Source: Iphione sp. A-MEVVRFRX5 (lineage: Eukaryota). Taken from it: a stretch of DNA of 64,000 bases. Position 1 is the stretch's first letter, and the number at the start of each line of letters is the position of its first letter. The notes beneath the pieces are model-generated. The model made no database searches. It was not told the origin of the DNA and saw only the letters and a list, made by a program, of their open reading frames with translations. Shown piece after piece: positions 1 to 13,900 of the stretch. The stretch lies in the NCBI GenBank assembly GCA_976226885.1, contig OZ320320.1, positions 22,692,001 to 22,756,000 on the forward strand, read 5' to 3'. A program made the translations under genes and the position numbers.

Positions 1-1965
1 TACCATATTGGTTACTGTAAGTTTCGAGCTTTAAAGATTGCTTTATGAATTCACCATACTGGTAATTTAGCTTTGGAGCCCAGTAAAATGGTATATTATT
101 GAAGATATTAGCAACTATACCTTTGGAGCCTATTAGAATGCTCGATCTCACTCTACATAAATATATATACCCCATTTTTGTAACTGTACCTTTGCTGGTG
201 CAATAATTGGTCATAGAGCGTCGAGTCCAGTATTCTGAGCATTACCTTGAGCTTGGGGTGACGGATTAGCTATACGTCACATGAAAACAGTCCGTTTCTT
301 CTTCAGAAGGAATTGTAGGGGATTTCCATTCGAGACCGAAATTCACGAAAAAAATGTGCCCTTATGTTACACTTGCACTGCTCAAAAGGTCACAAAGAAA
401 ACTTCACATACGATTTCCTCGAATTGAGTAACTAAATCTAACCTCTGGTATTTCTGCATATCGAACTTTTCGCTTTGTAGGTTTTTAGCACGCTGACCTT
501 AGGGCCCCTCTGTCGTATTTTAGCCCCAAGTTCATTCTCCTTTAGTTGTGTATTTTTTCAGTACTAGAAGACTACCCTTTTAGGTTTGTTAGATGTTTCC
601 TCTCTCCGATTTTATTGCACCATGTTTTTCTATATCTTTCTGGGAATGTGTTGCCTTATACACCGACCCGAAGAACTACCAGATATATATTTTGTTACTG
701 ACCGAACCGACGGGGTTACTTCGCGTTACATCTCTATTGTTAACCTGCATCATGGCATCATGGGAGGTCATATCCAACCGTCCTGACGTAAAAAAACGTT
801 AATAATGAATGAATTCAAATATTACTGCATTACATGTTTGTTGTCTATAGAACGAGAAATTACCCGTACAGGTCCTGTCCCCGAGAGCTACAAACAGTTT
901 CAAGTAAAATAACATCATCTTATGCTGCTCCGGCCTCTCATCCTCATAAGAAAAATAATCATAAACCCTTGTTTCCACTATTGGATGAAGTGCTGTGAAA
1001 AATGAATACAGGCTTCAATCCCTGATAAAAGGCACTTGTTAGAATCACCCAATAGGTCCAAGGAATTACCTAATAAGGTCCAAACACGCCATGCATTAAA
1101 TTACTGTAAATAGAATATTCGAGTATACTGTGATAGGGTCAGGTTATCTCCCACTTACATATTAGTTAAAGTACAAGGACCAGAAATAACACGATATTAT
1201 GTCCGAGTTAACGAGAACAGTATAGACTTTCAGCTGTTCCTAGGGCTTTAACTGATTTAAAGCCACCCCACCCTGAACTGAGCAATTTGCCGATCCAGTC
1301 AAGAAGTATTGGTCGATGAGGCGATAGCTGAGGTGGCTTTCATGTATGTTTCTGATTGCATGAGTGTTGATAAAATGAGTGCTGAATGAGATCATGTATG
1401 TGTGATTGGGGTTACTGTGCATTTCCTTTTAGTACTGGTTGTACTCGTTGTGACGTTTTGGAGTTTGATAAGAGCCTTCTGGAATGCTCTGTTATGGTTT
1501 TCTCTTTTGTTTTATTTCCCAGCTGATTACTGGTACAAGACCTCGATTTTCACTTTGTTTTGACTTAATTATCAATGGAACAACCACTCCTGATGGGAGG
1601 GGGACTCCTGGAGTGTTGGGACTGATCATTAAGTGTAAAGGGGTTTTCCTTATTAAATATTAACTGTTCTTCTATCTTAATTGCTTAATATATTATTATT
1701 TTACTCTTATAAATAAACTCTGACTCCACGAGGTATTGTACACAGCAGGAGACCACCACACGGATCAGGCATGAGACTGTCTTCCTTTAAAGCATGGTGG
1801 CCACCTTTTTTTTCTTTAGCCCTATGGGGGAAGTGTGTGAATATACCATGTAATGTCATTGTTTGGATTAAAAAGTGTCGGTGTAATGTTCTTGTTGAAT
1901 GTGTTCACGAGTGTGTGCAGACTTCTGTCACTCACTTGTTCCCTCTTATAATTGTCTCTAAAGTT

Positions 1966-2042
1966 CCTGATGGGACTCGAACCCACACAGGTCTGTTCTG
2001 GCTAGGGGGGTCAGCACTCTTACCCACTAGACCACAGAGTCC
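1966..2042 (-). mobile_element. tRNA-derived SINE head or tRNA pseudogene
   Basis: minus strand has A box GTGGTCTAGTGG and B box GGTTCGAGTCC with a T-stem; acceptor stem broken. Confidence 0.65.
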
Positions 2043-2719
2043 TGTCTATGGTTAGAGGATACGGCCTGGTTTCCTTACATGTGGCGATGTCCATGTGAGA
2101 TTCTATGCAGTTCTGTGCGTTCTATCATTCCTGTGCAGAGATGAGGTATTTACCTGGATAGACACTGTCTATCATGTGATAGATTATATGAAATTTTCAG
2201 ATTTGCATATCAGTTGCATAAAAAACTTGTCATTTACACCGATTCAGGCAAAATTCATTCTGATCAGCACAAAAAACTCATTATTTACACAGATTTGGGT
2301 TGAATTCCTTCAAATCAGTATTTAAAAAAACTTGTCATTTACACAGATTTGGGCAGAATTCCTTCTGGTCAGCACTCATACTCTCTCTCTCACAGGGAGA
2401 ACAAGTATGTGTGTGTTGTGTCTGTGATTCTGTATGTGTACTGAGGCATGCCATGCTTTAACTATCACATACAGTCAACCATGACTGTCACGCCTCATTG
2501 CATTAGTTTTTTTCTCCTGCCTGCCAAGGTCTTTCATTTCGTAGCTGCTTGACTTCGTGTCAATTGCGATATGATAATTCCTTCAATTTACCGTTGGTTG
2601 GGGTGGCCATGTTGACTGTGTATGGGCTCCTCCCCGCTTCCCTACACACCTTAGCAAGTATTTTCCTCCCGCCGCCCCTATCTTGCACAGAGAATAAGAA
2701 TGGTGTGAAAAAATCGGAC

Positions 2720-3460
2720 GATTTATATAAACTATGAGATCTGGAGATGGAAATCGGAGTATTTCTATAGTATTGAGACATAATCTCAGGCTTTTGTACA
2801 CAGGGTCTGTATATTTTGCCAGACTCGTGATTAGCTAGGTTCCATTGCCTCTCAGACTTTTGTTTCAGGGACTTATGCAATATCTCAGGCTTGTGAATAA
2901 GGCATGGGTGTGTTATTTCAGACTCATGTGTATGGGATGGATGTATTAATGTAGACCCATATATTAGAAATGGGTGTACTATTTCGGACTTGTGTATATG
3001 GGATAGGTGTGCATGTATTATTTCAGGCTCATGTATGAAGGATGGTTGTATCGTCTCAGACTTGTGTATATAGGATGGATTTATTATATCAGACTCGCAA
3101 ATATGGGACGGGTCTATTATTTCAGACTTGTGTATAAGGAATGGTTTCATTATCTCAAAATGATGTATAAGGGATCGGTGTATTATCTCAGGCTTGTGTA
3201 TAAGGGACTCAATGCCTTATCTCGGCCTTGTGGCTGAGAGATGCATTATTTCAGACTTAAAATTTGTATTGGAATGCCCATAATTATAACCGTAAGCTTG
3301 TGAATAAGGGATGGCTCTATATCATCTCAGACTTAAATATAGGGACTTGCAAAATAATGTCAGACTTGCGTACAAGGGATGGTATATTTTTCTCAGACCT
3401 GTATGTTTAGAGATGGCATCATTATCTCAGGCTTCTGTATAAGAGATGGGCATGCCAGTT
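2720..3460. repeat. 33-bp minisatellite
   Basis: unit ~tcagacttgtgtataagggatggtttcattatc; gives rise to spurious 11-aa-periodic ORFs. Confidence 0.85.
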
Positions 3461-3663
3461 CACCTTTGTAAATAACCTACGTTTAACAACGGTTGACTAG
3501 ACGAACAACCTGAACACTTCATTAAAAACAAGTCACTATTCAACTTACGGTGTATTCTTGTGAAGTACTGACAAGCCTTTCAATTAGAACCTTGTCTCTT
3601 CCCAGTTCTACTTAAACAATGAGATGACTTCATTGCCTGTTGTTAGAAACACCAATATTTATA

Positions 3664-4120
3664 CGGAAGTACTTCCGGATTGAAAGAGTAAAGTCGCATT
3701 TTCTCATTACACGGTGAATTAAGTTTATTGTGAAATTCAGCTCGTGTGCGCTCGGCTCAGCCAGGTCTTCCGGCCATCTCTAAGTACGCATGTAGCTGTG
3801 ATTTCCTCTTGGGTGGCGACCCGCATTGGTGGGCAGTGATTGACGCTGGCGACCCGTAGCGGTGGGCGGTAACAGTGGGTCCCAAGTCTGGTGATTACGA
3901 TGGTGGTGGAGGAAGTGGTTACTGGTGGTGCACCAAAAAGAGTTCCAGGGGTGGTGTGTGCGTGCAAGTGTGTGTGTGTGTGTGTCAGTTTGTCTGCGCG
4001 TGTATGTGTATTTACATGAAGGTGATATGTGTGGTGGTCGTGGGGGGGTGGGGGTGTGAGGGTGTGGGGGAGGGTAGGTAAGGTATTTCCCAACCTGCAT
4101 GGCCCCTCTGATATATATAA
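3664..4120 (+). promoter_or_regulatory. candidate promoter of the Death-domain gene
   Basis: perfect palindrome CGGAAGTACTTCCG (3664-3677, two inverted ETS cores), CpG-rich segment with CCAAT-like (attgg) and GC-box (gggcgg) motifs, TATATAA at 4114-4120. Confidence 0.4.
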
Positions 4121-4554
4121 CCCGGCCCGGAGTCAACCACAAACTCCGCCTTCAGGTGCTGGACACAGTTCGTCTGGGCTAGACATTACGCATACCGTCT
4201 TGGTCTTCACAGACTGCGGAACCAATACAAAGGAATGACTCGATGAGACGCAGATCTATGGCATGGATCTAACCACGCAGACGACAAGAACCCAGCAGGG
4301 ACTACTAGAACAACAACAGTGAAGCAGTCGAAGGTGCTACCTGTTCTAGCAGGGGGTGCCGGTGAAAAGCAAGGCTTTTGATTCCGTCTTTTGAGACGCT
4401 GTTTTTACCAGTCACAGCAACCCGTCATAATACAAATCTTGATGCAAGTCACAGGGATTATGTATTGATCGCGCAGACCTTTCAACCAGAAGTTGGCTAA
4501 AGTTGAGGATAATACTGGGTACTGTCTACCGAGGAAGAGAATGACTTCATACCA

Positions 4555-4850
4555 AGTCTACGACAGGAAGAGAAGTAGATGACAAAGGCAGACAGAGAAA
4601 GAGATAGGGGAACAGGCAGACACGGGAAAAGAAATAGGGAGATAACAAACGTACAGACAGACTTAAGTAAAGGCAGAGGAACAAGGAAAAGGGCGCGACA
4701 GGAGACATAACACAGAGAAAGGAATCGATACGTAGAAATACACATAGATAGAGGCAGAGATAGACAGCAAGACAGGAGTGAGAAGAGACAGACGGACAGA
4801 CAGACGGACAGACTAGAGAAAGACAAACAGTGGCAGACCAACGAGTGGAA
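4555..4850. repeat. purine-rich GACA/GAGA low-complexity tract
   Basis: gacagacggacaga-type repeats. Confidence 0.8.
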
Positions 4851-4876
4851 CGTAGGATGGAACTGCGCACAAGTTT

Positions 4877-4998
4877 ATGAGGAAGAGGAATGTGTCTATC
4901 AGTAGCAGAAGGCATATCTTTGACTGTCATCTGAAGTGTGGACTTTCTCAACGGGAACTGAAACATTTACTCAAGATGGAGGTGGATCAGACTACAGG
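4877..4998 (+). CDS. Death-domain gene exon 1 (putative start exon)
   Basis: MRKRNVS...EVDQTT-GG|gtacgt. Its phase-2 end fits the next exon, giving TTG-MIAEISPGKKGG, like the ankyrin ZU5 start TG-FLVSFMVDARGG. In-frame stop at 4853 upstream. Confidence 0.55.
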
Positions 4999-7900
4999 GT
5001 ACGTTATTTTTCTGATTTTTTTTCCTGTGAGTGACAATATGTGTTATTTATCGATAGCAGCTTAACATTACAATCTAAGCAGTTTGCCTGGGAATAATTG
5101 ACCAACAAAAATCATAAGCTTTAAAAAAATACCTTGTAGTCTGACAGGACCAAATCATCACTCAGGTACTATTCATAAATACCATTTTATAAATCAATTT
5201 TGGTAAGAGTTGTGTATTAGGCTACCTTCCATCTAGGTCACTACCATTAGTACGGGTTGTAACTGTTACTGAGGTGATATTTTGAGTCACCCTTTGTCTA
5301 AATCAAATGTACTGAATACACTCAAACAGAAGTTGCCTTCCTCTTCCCACACCCCGCACACCTTAAACAAATACCGCCCGTTAGATCCACAGCCGACGCT
5401 GAAACTGTGTATTTTGGCACGATTGCCTTGTCTCTACTAAAGAGTTGTGTGTGTGTTTTTTCGGAGCGGGAGGGGGGGGGGCGGTGGTGTCTTGGGAGGA
5501 GAGAGACCCCCACGTCCATGTAAGTTCTACGGTGGGAGGGCTGTAGATTCAATACCTGGCAATCCTCAGCGAAAATCAGTTCAACGCGGGATTAACTCCG
5601 AGCTTCTTGTTCCAAGGCCGTCTCGGTCGAGCGGACTCGACGTATTGAGTTGAGCTTCTTGAAGGGGTCCCCTTGAAGTATGCTCCTTTGTGTTTCTCAA
5701 ATCAATTCTGTGCACAGTACACGGTGTGTTGATGTAATCCACACATTGACTTGTGTAATGGAGTGGGACTCGTTTGGTATTTAACGCAGGAGTTACCTTC
5801 GGACCGATTCGCTTCTTGAAGTTGAACAAGACCTTATAATTATGATATGTTTTTTATCAGTGTCACAGAAACAGTTTCTCAAAGAATCAATGGTATCCTT
5901 AATAGTTGCTTTTCATTGTAATACATTTCATGCGCATATATATATATTGTATATATCTTACAATGAAGACTATATTGTTTCAAACAGTTTGAACAATTTT
6001 ATTGAGAAGGCACTATTATCTTACAAATGGTTTTCACATGCCGCTCAGAATAACACATGTGATATCCAGATGATTGGGCCCCCAGATGATTTGGCCCCCA
6101 GATGATTGGGCCCAGACAGTTGGGCCTCCAATTTCAGACTATTGGCTCCATACTTTAAGCTGACCTGTCCCAAGAGTTCTTTTAAAACACAAGAGTTAAT
6201 AGTGATCTGAATTCGATACAACAAAATGTATTCTAAAATTGAGGTTGTGAGCCAGACAGTTGTGTATACTATGTGCATATATATTCATTATTTCTTGGAG
6301 AATTTTAACAGAAACTCAACTGCAATTCATGCACCCATTGATGGTGGTGGTGAGAGAAAAGAGGCTGAGACACACACACACAATACATATAATTATAACA
6401 TGGATATACAATACCAAGAAGTAGAAAATAACACTTCACTGCTCTTCCTAGGTCTGAAACTTTGACCGAATTCGTGTTCAAGTTCAGAGCTGGGCACATA
6501 AGGGGCAGTTGTCACATTTTTAAGTCACCTAAAACAATTTCAACACTAAATAAGTGAGTAGGGAAAAAAGTCATTACACTTTATAATGTTTGCATGGCAT
6601 GTTTTTTTTTCAACAAAGTGACAGTTATCCAGCACTAGATTTGTAGGCCCTATTGTCTGAAAACATGGGCCCATTCATCTGGGGGCCCAATCATCTGGCA
6701 TTCATACATACAGTCATTCATTACACATATCGCTGCTTCACCAGAGTGTGTATGCGGTTGTACTCAGATGATGATGTTAGCGAGTTGTGTGGTCGTCTCG
6801 CCAATATTCTGCGCCGGTTATCATTTCGTTTAGTTCAAGAACGGCAGTGCATTGTACAGGTGCAGTCTTCAGGTCCCGAGAAGGGTGTTCCAGTCATCGA
6901 GTAAACAAATCGGCATAAACATCGTGCCCATGGTCGAACCCGGGCATAGTCTGAAGGCCGTTAGTTAGGCGCCTAATCATTTAATCCATCATGGGTAACC
7001 CCCCACCCACCCTTTAAGGATGATTTTATGCTAAAACGCCCAGGATTATAAGTAGCCATTGTTTCCACCTCCCCCAGCGTCCATTATCGGAAAGTTCACG
7101 AGTGTTAGACTTACGTGTGTGTTGATTTCAGGGCTTGTGTTGGATTTCCGAACATTTACTTTACAGGGAAGTCAAAGGAATCGTCCGCATAATGGCGAAT
7201 TCCTGGTTGGCCGCCCACTAAAAGCACTGCACTTAATAATCCTATCACTTCTACATGGTAACTCGACAGAAGAGGTGTTTACTTCCACACTCTTTGATGA
7301 TACATGTTGTGTATGGTGCGTTGATTGAAAGGAAAGTTACAGCCATGGGAATTCTCTCGTGAGTAGTCAAAAAAGAAGTGTACACAGGCATCGGGTTCGA
7401 GTAAAAAATAGGTTTTCCCCAGATTTCCCTGCTCTTTACACAAAGTCCTAGACACAGTCCTAGGGATAAGTCACATCATCGACTAATCAGGTGTCACCTT
7501 GAGATCAGTAAGTAATGCAAAGCATATTTCACCATCTTACAAAACGTTATCAAACAATCAACTGGACTCCAAAAGATGGAACACTCACCAGTTCAATAAA
7601 GACAGAATAACACAAAGATCACAGCAGCTGGAATACTTCACTTGTCTGCCAGAAAAGTCCATGAATGCGACTTGCAGTCATCACAATGTGCATAATGGTT
7701 ATATCTTGAACGAGAAGTTAGCTGGTCCGTTTCAAGAGCATAGCTTGATCCCTCTTCATTCGGATACAGTGAATAAAATACCTTAGATTTCACAACCTTA
7801 TCTGAACTCGCGCTATTTTTCTAACCCTTGTGTTTGGGTATTATGAATATTCTTTATTTTCGCTAGAAAGGTCTTCGTTGAAAGCCGAATATATGGTGAA

Positions 7901-10900
7901 GTAGGGACCTCTGCCTGTATGATGATTGTAGTTATTGGTCCCCTTCCTAGGAGTACATGTATCTTTCCCTGGGTCATTGTGTCCAATGCTCCAGATTTCT
8001 AAATGTAATTCGACTATACGGACGTTTGCTACTGGGTTGTTTCTGCATCAATTAAAATGATCTTTACATACAAAAATACTTTCTTACACAGATCCTAGGA
8101 ATGTTATGATCACATTCAGACTTTGCAGATTAGAAGCTATGGAGCTACATGTATGTCACAGTCTGCTCAAAAAGGCAGAACCAATCGGTTCCAGTTGACT
8201 AAATGGCTGGTAGGGACCATAGACCTCATGGGTTCCCTTTCTTGTTTCTGTGGATATTTTAAGCTTCCCTTCCTTCCCCTTCTCTTCTTTTTTACTTTTT
8301 CTTTCTCTTCGACTTTATTTATTTTGCTTTCTTCTGCTTGCCCTCTTTACTTCCATATATGTATTGGAGTGTGTGTGTGTGTGTGTTGGTGTATGAGTTG
8401 GAAGAAAGTCGAAGACAAGTGTTTAGAAAGAAGTCTTTCTCTTTTTACAGAATGATCGCAGAGATCTCCCCGGGGAAGAAGGGCGGCTGCTTCTGCCTCC
8501 CCTTCGGCGGTCAGATCAGCGTCCCTGCCGGCTGCTTCGGTAAACGCGACGTGGTCACGTGCTGCGCGGTGGCGCCCTCTAGCCGCTACAAGTACCTGCC
8601 GCCGCTAGCCCCGGGGGAGAAGCTGCTCAGCGAGATTCTGCTCTTCTCGACGAGCGCCTCGCGTGCCCTGAAGCGAGCCGTGACGGTGAAGCTGCCCCAT
8701 TACCACGAGGACCTGGAGCTGTGTACCATCTCCCTGCTGGCTAAGAGGGTGGAGGACGAGGCCTGGCTACGCACCGAGTTTAAACGCAGCGTATGTTTAC
8801 ATTGTGTCTTAGTACGTATATATTTTTGTACAGTGTCTGGGAGGAGGACCGGCCGACCATCACCTACCCGCCTGCCTACCCTCCACCTGACCTTTGACCT
8901 GTGTCACGTTGTCTGAATGGAAGAATCGCACACTGTTCTTTTTGGTTAGAAACGCACCCCTTCAGAGGAATTCTACATACACACGTCAGTATGTTACAGA
9001 TTTCAAATGTCTTAAAAGAAACGATTTTCTGTCCACCTATCTTACATTTTCGATTTTCATTATTTTGGTAAAAAAGATGAGCGTATTGAATTTGAAAAAA
9101 AAACATACTTTATTTTACCTCTCCTCTTTGTAAAATACCGAAAAATTTTCTCCTCTTGTATTAAATTCTTGACCATCATAAAAACACCATTCGGCACTGT
9201 ATTGGTGACCATTTGACCGGTGGACCAGTTGACTAATGAACGAAACTGGCCTCGAGTTGACCAACTGAGAGTTTATCAGTTCACCAGTCAGTTTATGAAT
9301 GGTCCGGTCGGCCAGTCAATTCTAAAATAACCAGTAGTTCAGGTGGTCAGACAAGTAGGTAATTGACCAGTTGGATAGTTGGCTGACAAATTGACCAGAT
9401 ACAGTTGAATGGTGAAATAAGTAAAATGACTAGTCAATCAGTTGACCTTTGAACCTAACAGTTGACCTGTCAGGCAACCAGTCTGGCTCTGAGCCTCTCA
9501 AGTGACTACAGAGGAATGTCGCCATTGCAACGGACCCATAACGGGAACAGACCAGTGAAAGGGCCAGATTTGTACAGAACCAACTGGGCTCTCTCCTAGT
9601 TATATAGGGTCAGAAATGTGAACAGATAAGATACTGGGAGAGAAACAGCCAGTCCCAACTGTGCTTCAATTTCTGAGATCCCATTCAGTCGGGGCAGCCT
9701 TTCCACCAGTTAACTGGTCATTAACCACTTTGCCAGTCAACTGATCGTTAACCAGTTAAGAAACTGACTGGTCACTCAGTCAGGGCAACCTATCTAATAG
9801 TCAACTAGTCAATGGCTATTCCATCAGTAAACCAGTCAACTGGTCATTAACCACTCAAGCAGTCAACTGGTGATTCAGTCAGAGCAACCAATTCAGCTGT
9901 CAACTAATTATTCAGCCAACACAACAGTCAACCAAAGAGTCAGGTGGGTAGGTGAGCGGGATGGGTGGCTGGCTGGTCAGGGAGGTACTATCCCACCTCC
10001 CTCCTCCCAGCCCTCCGAGAGTGTGGTGTGGGCCAGTGTGCTGGGACCAAGTCGGTCTGTGTGGAGTGGATCCCTCTACCCCATCAACATCACAATCATC
10101 ATCCCAGGGTGTGGTTTGTATAACTCAGATTGTCCTTTTCTCTGCTAATACCATACCTCTCCTATTACTTTAGTTTTAGGGTTTTCTCATTAGTGATAGA
10201 CTAGTGTTATTAGCCATATAATTGTGTTCATATTCTTAGATTTTCATGATAAGTTATCTATTCTTGTGTTATCTTCGGCAGAACTGCTTTGTTAGTTATA
10301 GACCTAAGTTAGTCGTCATAGACCTAAGTTGGCAGTCAAAGAACGAAGTTATTGGTAATATTTTCATCAGTCATAGACCCAAGTTATTAGTCATATACCT
10401 AAGGTTTTTTTCATAGACTTCTGATAATGATTTTTAACTGCGTTATTTTTGTGTTTCTCGACCCAGCATAGTCCACCTTACATTGTTTCAAATGTGCTCA
10501 GGGTCATCTTAAGCTATTCACAACAAAAGAATTATTGAAGCCTCTAGTAGCTTCAAATTAGGAACAGGCACCTAGATATGAGTTAATTCTGAAAAGTATT
10601 ATATGTATTGATTTTTAAAAAGCAATCTTAATTATCTGCTCTACATGATCGTATAAAACTACGTTTGAGGAGTTTGTTGCATTTAAGATAAATACAGTTA
10701 ATCGAGTCATTTGTTGCACTTAAGATAAATACAGTTAATCGAATCATATTCAGGAGTACCGTGATGAAATAAATCGATAATTTCTCCAATTCTTGTGCCC
10801 AGATATCTATGGAACAGAGTATTCCATGTTCACAGTGCTTATAAAATAACATTCTGAACATGAAGGGAACTACATAAGAACTGTATAAGAAAGTCTCTGG

Positions 10901-13900
10901 TACAGTCTGAATCTTTGGCTCCGTTTTCTTCCATATCTTCCTCTGTCATAATTACTGGCTCTAACAGTTTGACACGTTTGTTTTGTTCTTTTTCTATATA
11001 TAACCTGTTCTCTCTCTCTCTTACACCGGACCTCTGACCACAGGAGCAAGGGGATGAGATCGAGTTCGAGGCAGCCAGCCCTGGCATCTACGTGGTGGTG
11101 TCAGCTCCACGTACAGAGACCTTTGACGCCCCAGCCATGGGCTGTCTACACGCCGCTAAGATCTCCAAACAAATCTCAGTTCGTTTCCCCAAGAAGGCCA
11201 CTGACATAGACATGACCTGCGACATACAGGTGAGACTTTAAGATAGTGTGACATACAGGTGAGACTTTAAGGATTGCGTGACATACAGGTGAGAGTTTAA
11301 GAGAGTTTCACATACAGGTGAGAGTTTAAGATAGTCTGACATAAGGGTCATCCTTTAAGATAGTGTGACATTCAGGTGTAACCTTAAATAGGGTGACATA
11401 CAGGTGAGAGTTTAAGATAGTGTAACACACAGGAGTAACTTTAAAATAGTCTGACATACAAGTGAGACTTAAAGGTAGTAAGGCATACAGATGAGATATT
11501 GTGACATACAGGTGCAACTTTAAGAAAGTGTTACATACAGGTAAGACTTAACATGGTGGTATTAGTGTGAGATACAGGTGAGACTTTAAGGTAGTGTGAC
11601 ATACAGATGAGACTTTATGTAGTGTGAGATACAGGTGAGACTCTAAGATAGTGTGACATACAGGTGAGATTTTAAGATAGTGTGATATACAGGTGCAACT
11701 TTAAGAAAGTGTTAGAAACAGGTGAGATTTTAGGTAGTGGTATTATTGTGACATAGAGATGAAAATTAAAACTGGTGGTATTAGCGTGACTTACAAGTGC
11801 GATTTTTAAGAAGTGGTATTCATCTTTCACTAATATTGATTTCTTTTCCTTCATTCTCCCTGCAGATCCTACCCCTGAACCGCGCCATCTTGGTCGAACT
11901 ACGGAGGGAACACCCTCATGATCTTTGTGACCTCATCACCGCCTCCGACTTCTTTGAAGTCCGGCCCAGCATCCAGAAGGAGTTCCGGCGGGCTGTAACC
12001 GTCAAACTTCCGCTTCCGCCGCTCGACGAAGAGGAGGTGAGTTAGGTCGTCGATATTATAAGGCATCATTCGTTATATCGCAAAGTGATGTATATTTTTA
12101 CAATGAAATATATATTATTCCCTTCTGATACCTGAAAATTTCTACTGGGATTCCTTTTGTCACTATGGCAATATGGACCGAACTAGACCGTCAAAAAAAG
12201 ATGATACGATTAGTGGTGAGGTCAATTCTTACCACGGACTGTGGGAGTTTTCCATGGGACAATTTATATTTTGCGAAGAAGGAATCTTTACTACGTAAGA
12301 TTTGATCCAACATCTGGCCTTGCATCAACATGTATGGATCCGATTTTGCAATAAATACTTCATTTGTTCAATATTATCCTGTTCTTAAAAATAATACGTC
12401 TTCAACAACCATGCTTCCAAACGGTAGATACAAGACATATTTGGACTCACATGACAAGAGTCCGAACCTAGTCCCTCACAGATTTAACAAGAAGACTGAA
12501 ATTATAATCTACGAACTGAGTAACTGTCCATATTGATTTAATATGACATATATATATAGAGAGAGACATGTTTAACAAGAATATGTTTCCCCACTTCGAT
12601 AGTTTCCTGCTGATGACATGACTGTGATGCAGCTGACTAAAGATGGCTGGGATCTCGTAGAGTCAACTCTAAAATTCACCAAGGCCACCGTCTCCTTCGA
12701 CACGAGGACCCTTTCCAGGTGAGGAGGTTGTTCCACACTAGCATTGTTAACACCTGGAGTTGCACAAGACTTCGTGTGCTATAGGAACACCTGGCTAGAG
12801 TAACACTACAGATTGACAGATAATAATAAAGATTGTAATAATGAGGCATTCTTTTTACATTACACATCTCCACTCTGTACCACGTAAACCTACTTGAATG
12901 GCGAGTGTTCCGGGAAAGTAAGGTGTAATATTAAGGCTTTATTAGTCTGTGCCACGTAAATCCAATCGGCATAGTGTGGGTTGTCGAACAGTTAGGGCCA
13001 AAACAGCCATGCATGAATTCACTTTTAGAATGTGATACCGTGTGTTTCAATAATTCTGTGGAGGGAAATATGGTATGAACAAAAAACTATATATACAAAT
13101 GACTAGTATCCAGTGACTATACTGTCATGGAGGGGGAAATAGGGGATACTGCTGTCAAATAGTCCAACCTTCCATCATGGTCTTGTAGGTTTATTTCCAT
13201 CTAAGAAACCATGAAGTAAACTGAAATACTCTTTTAGTATGACGTCATACTATAAGGTCGCTTACCACTGTGTTATTCTCAAGTCATTTAAAAACAAATG
13301 TTAAAACTCCCGTGGCATCACGTAGTCATCTCTATGTTCCTATTAATTTCCTTTTTTTTCTTAAGTGTTGCCTTTTATGGTAGTCCTAATAAATATTCAT
13401 GTAGTGAGATAGTACCCGGTTTATAGAGCTTGTACAAGAACAAAAACCAAAAGCAAGATAAAACAGACCCTTTCTAACAACTGCCTTGATATCCTAACGT
13501 CATCTCTAGATACTGTGTGGCGCTAGCCAAGCCCCAGAGACGGAAACGCTTGAAAGAAGCGTTCCGACACATCGAGCGGGAGAACGCCATGATAAGGGGT
13601 CAGGTACTGGCGTTCCTGCACCTCCAGGAGAAAACATGGACGCTGTGGTTTGACTGCGTGCGCAACGAGGGCGTTGAAGAGCTAGTGGACAAGCGTCTCA
13701 AACAAGGCTTCCGGCAAGTCAAGCTGAGCGAGAAGATCACTGCGCAGCAGGAGGAGGACAAACTGGGCATGCGCCGTAGTTGGCGCACGCGCAATAAGCC
13801 CAAGGAGGAGCGGAGGCCAGAGAGGGAGGACCTGGACTTGGTGAATGGAGAGATGATGGAGCTGGAACTGAGTGGAGATATTCGAGTAATGGAGGATGAC

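Noticed and set aside
1-850. minus-strand frames with some transposase-like character (RNR.VC..FF..TL)
   Set aside because: Needs several frameshifts; not recognisable with confidence.
1240-1620. possible Penelope GIY-YIG remnant (HSNPNHTY...RNIHESHL)
   Set aside because: Only faint resemblance, interrupted by stops, and no RT motifs nearby.
2560-3150. 196-aa minus-strand ORF
   Set aside because: 11-aa periodicity comes directly from a 33-bp minisatellite; no splice or domain support.
5322-5830. GC-richer block with several short ORFs and a CAT|gtaagt donor-like site
   Set aside because: No frame yields a recognisable product or fits the gene model; probably a degraded repeat.
11219-11790. 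CRISPR-like periodicity
   Set aside because: Units are contiguous with no unique spacers; eukaryotic intron; no cas genes.
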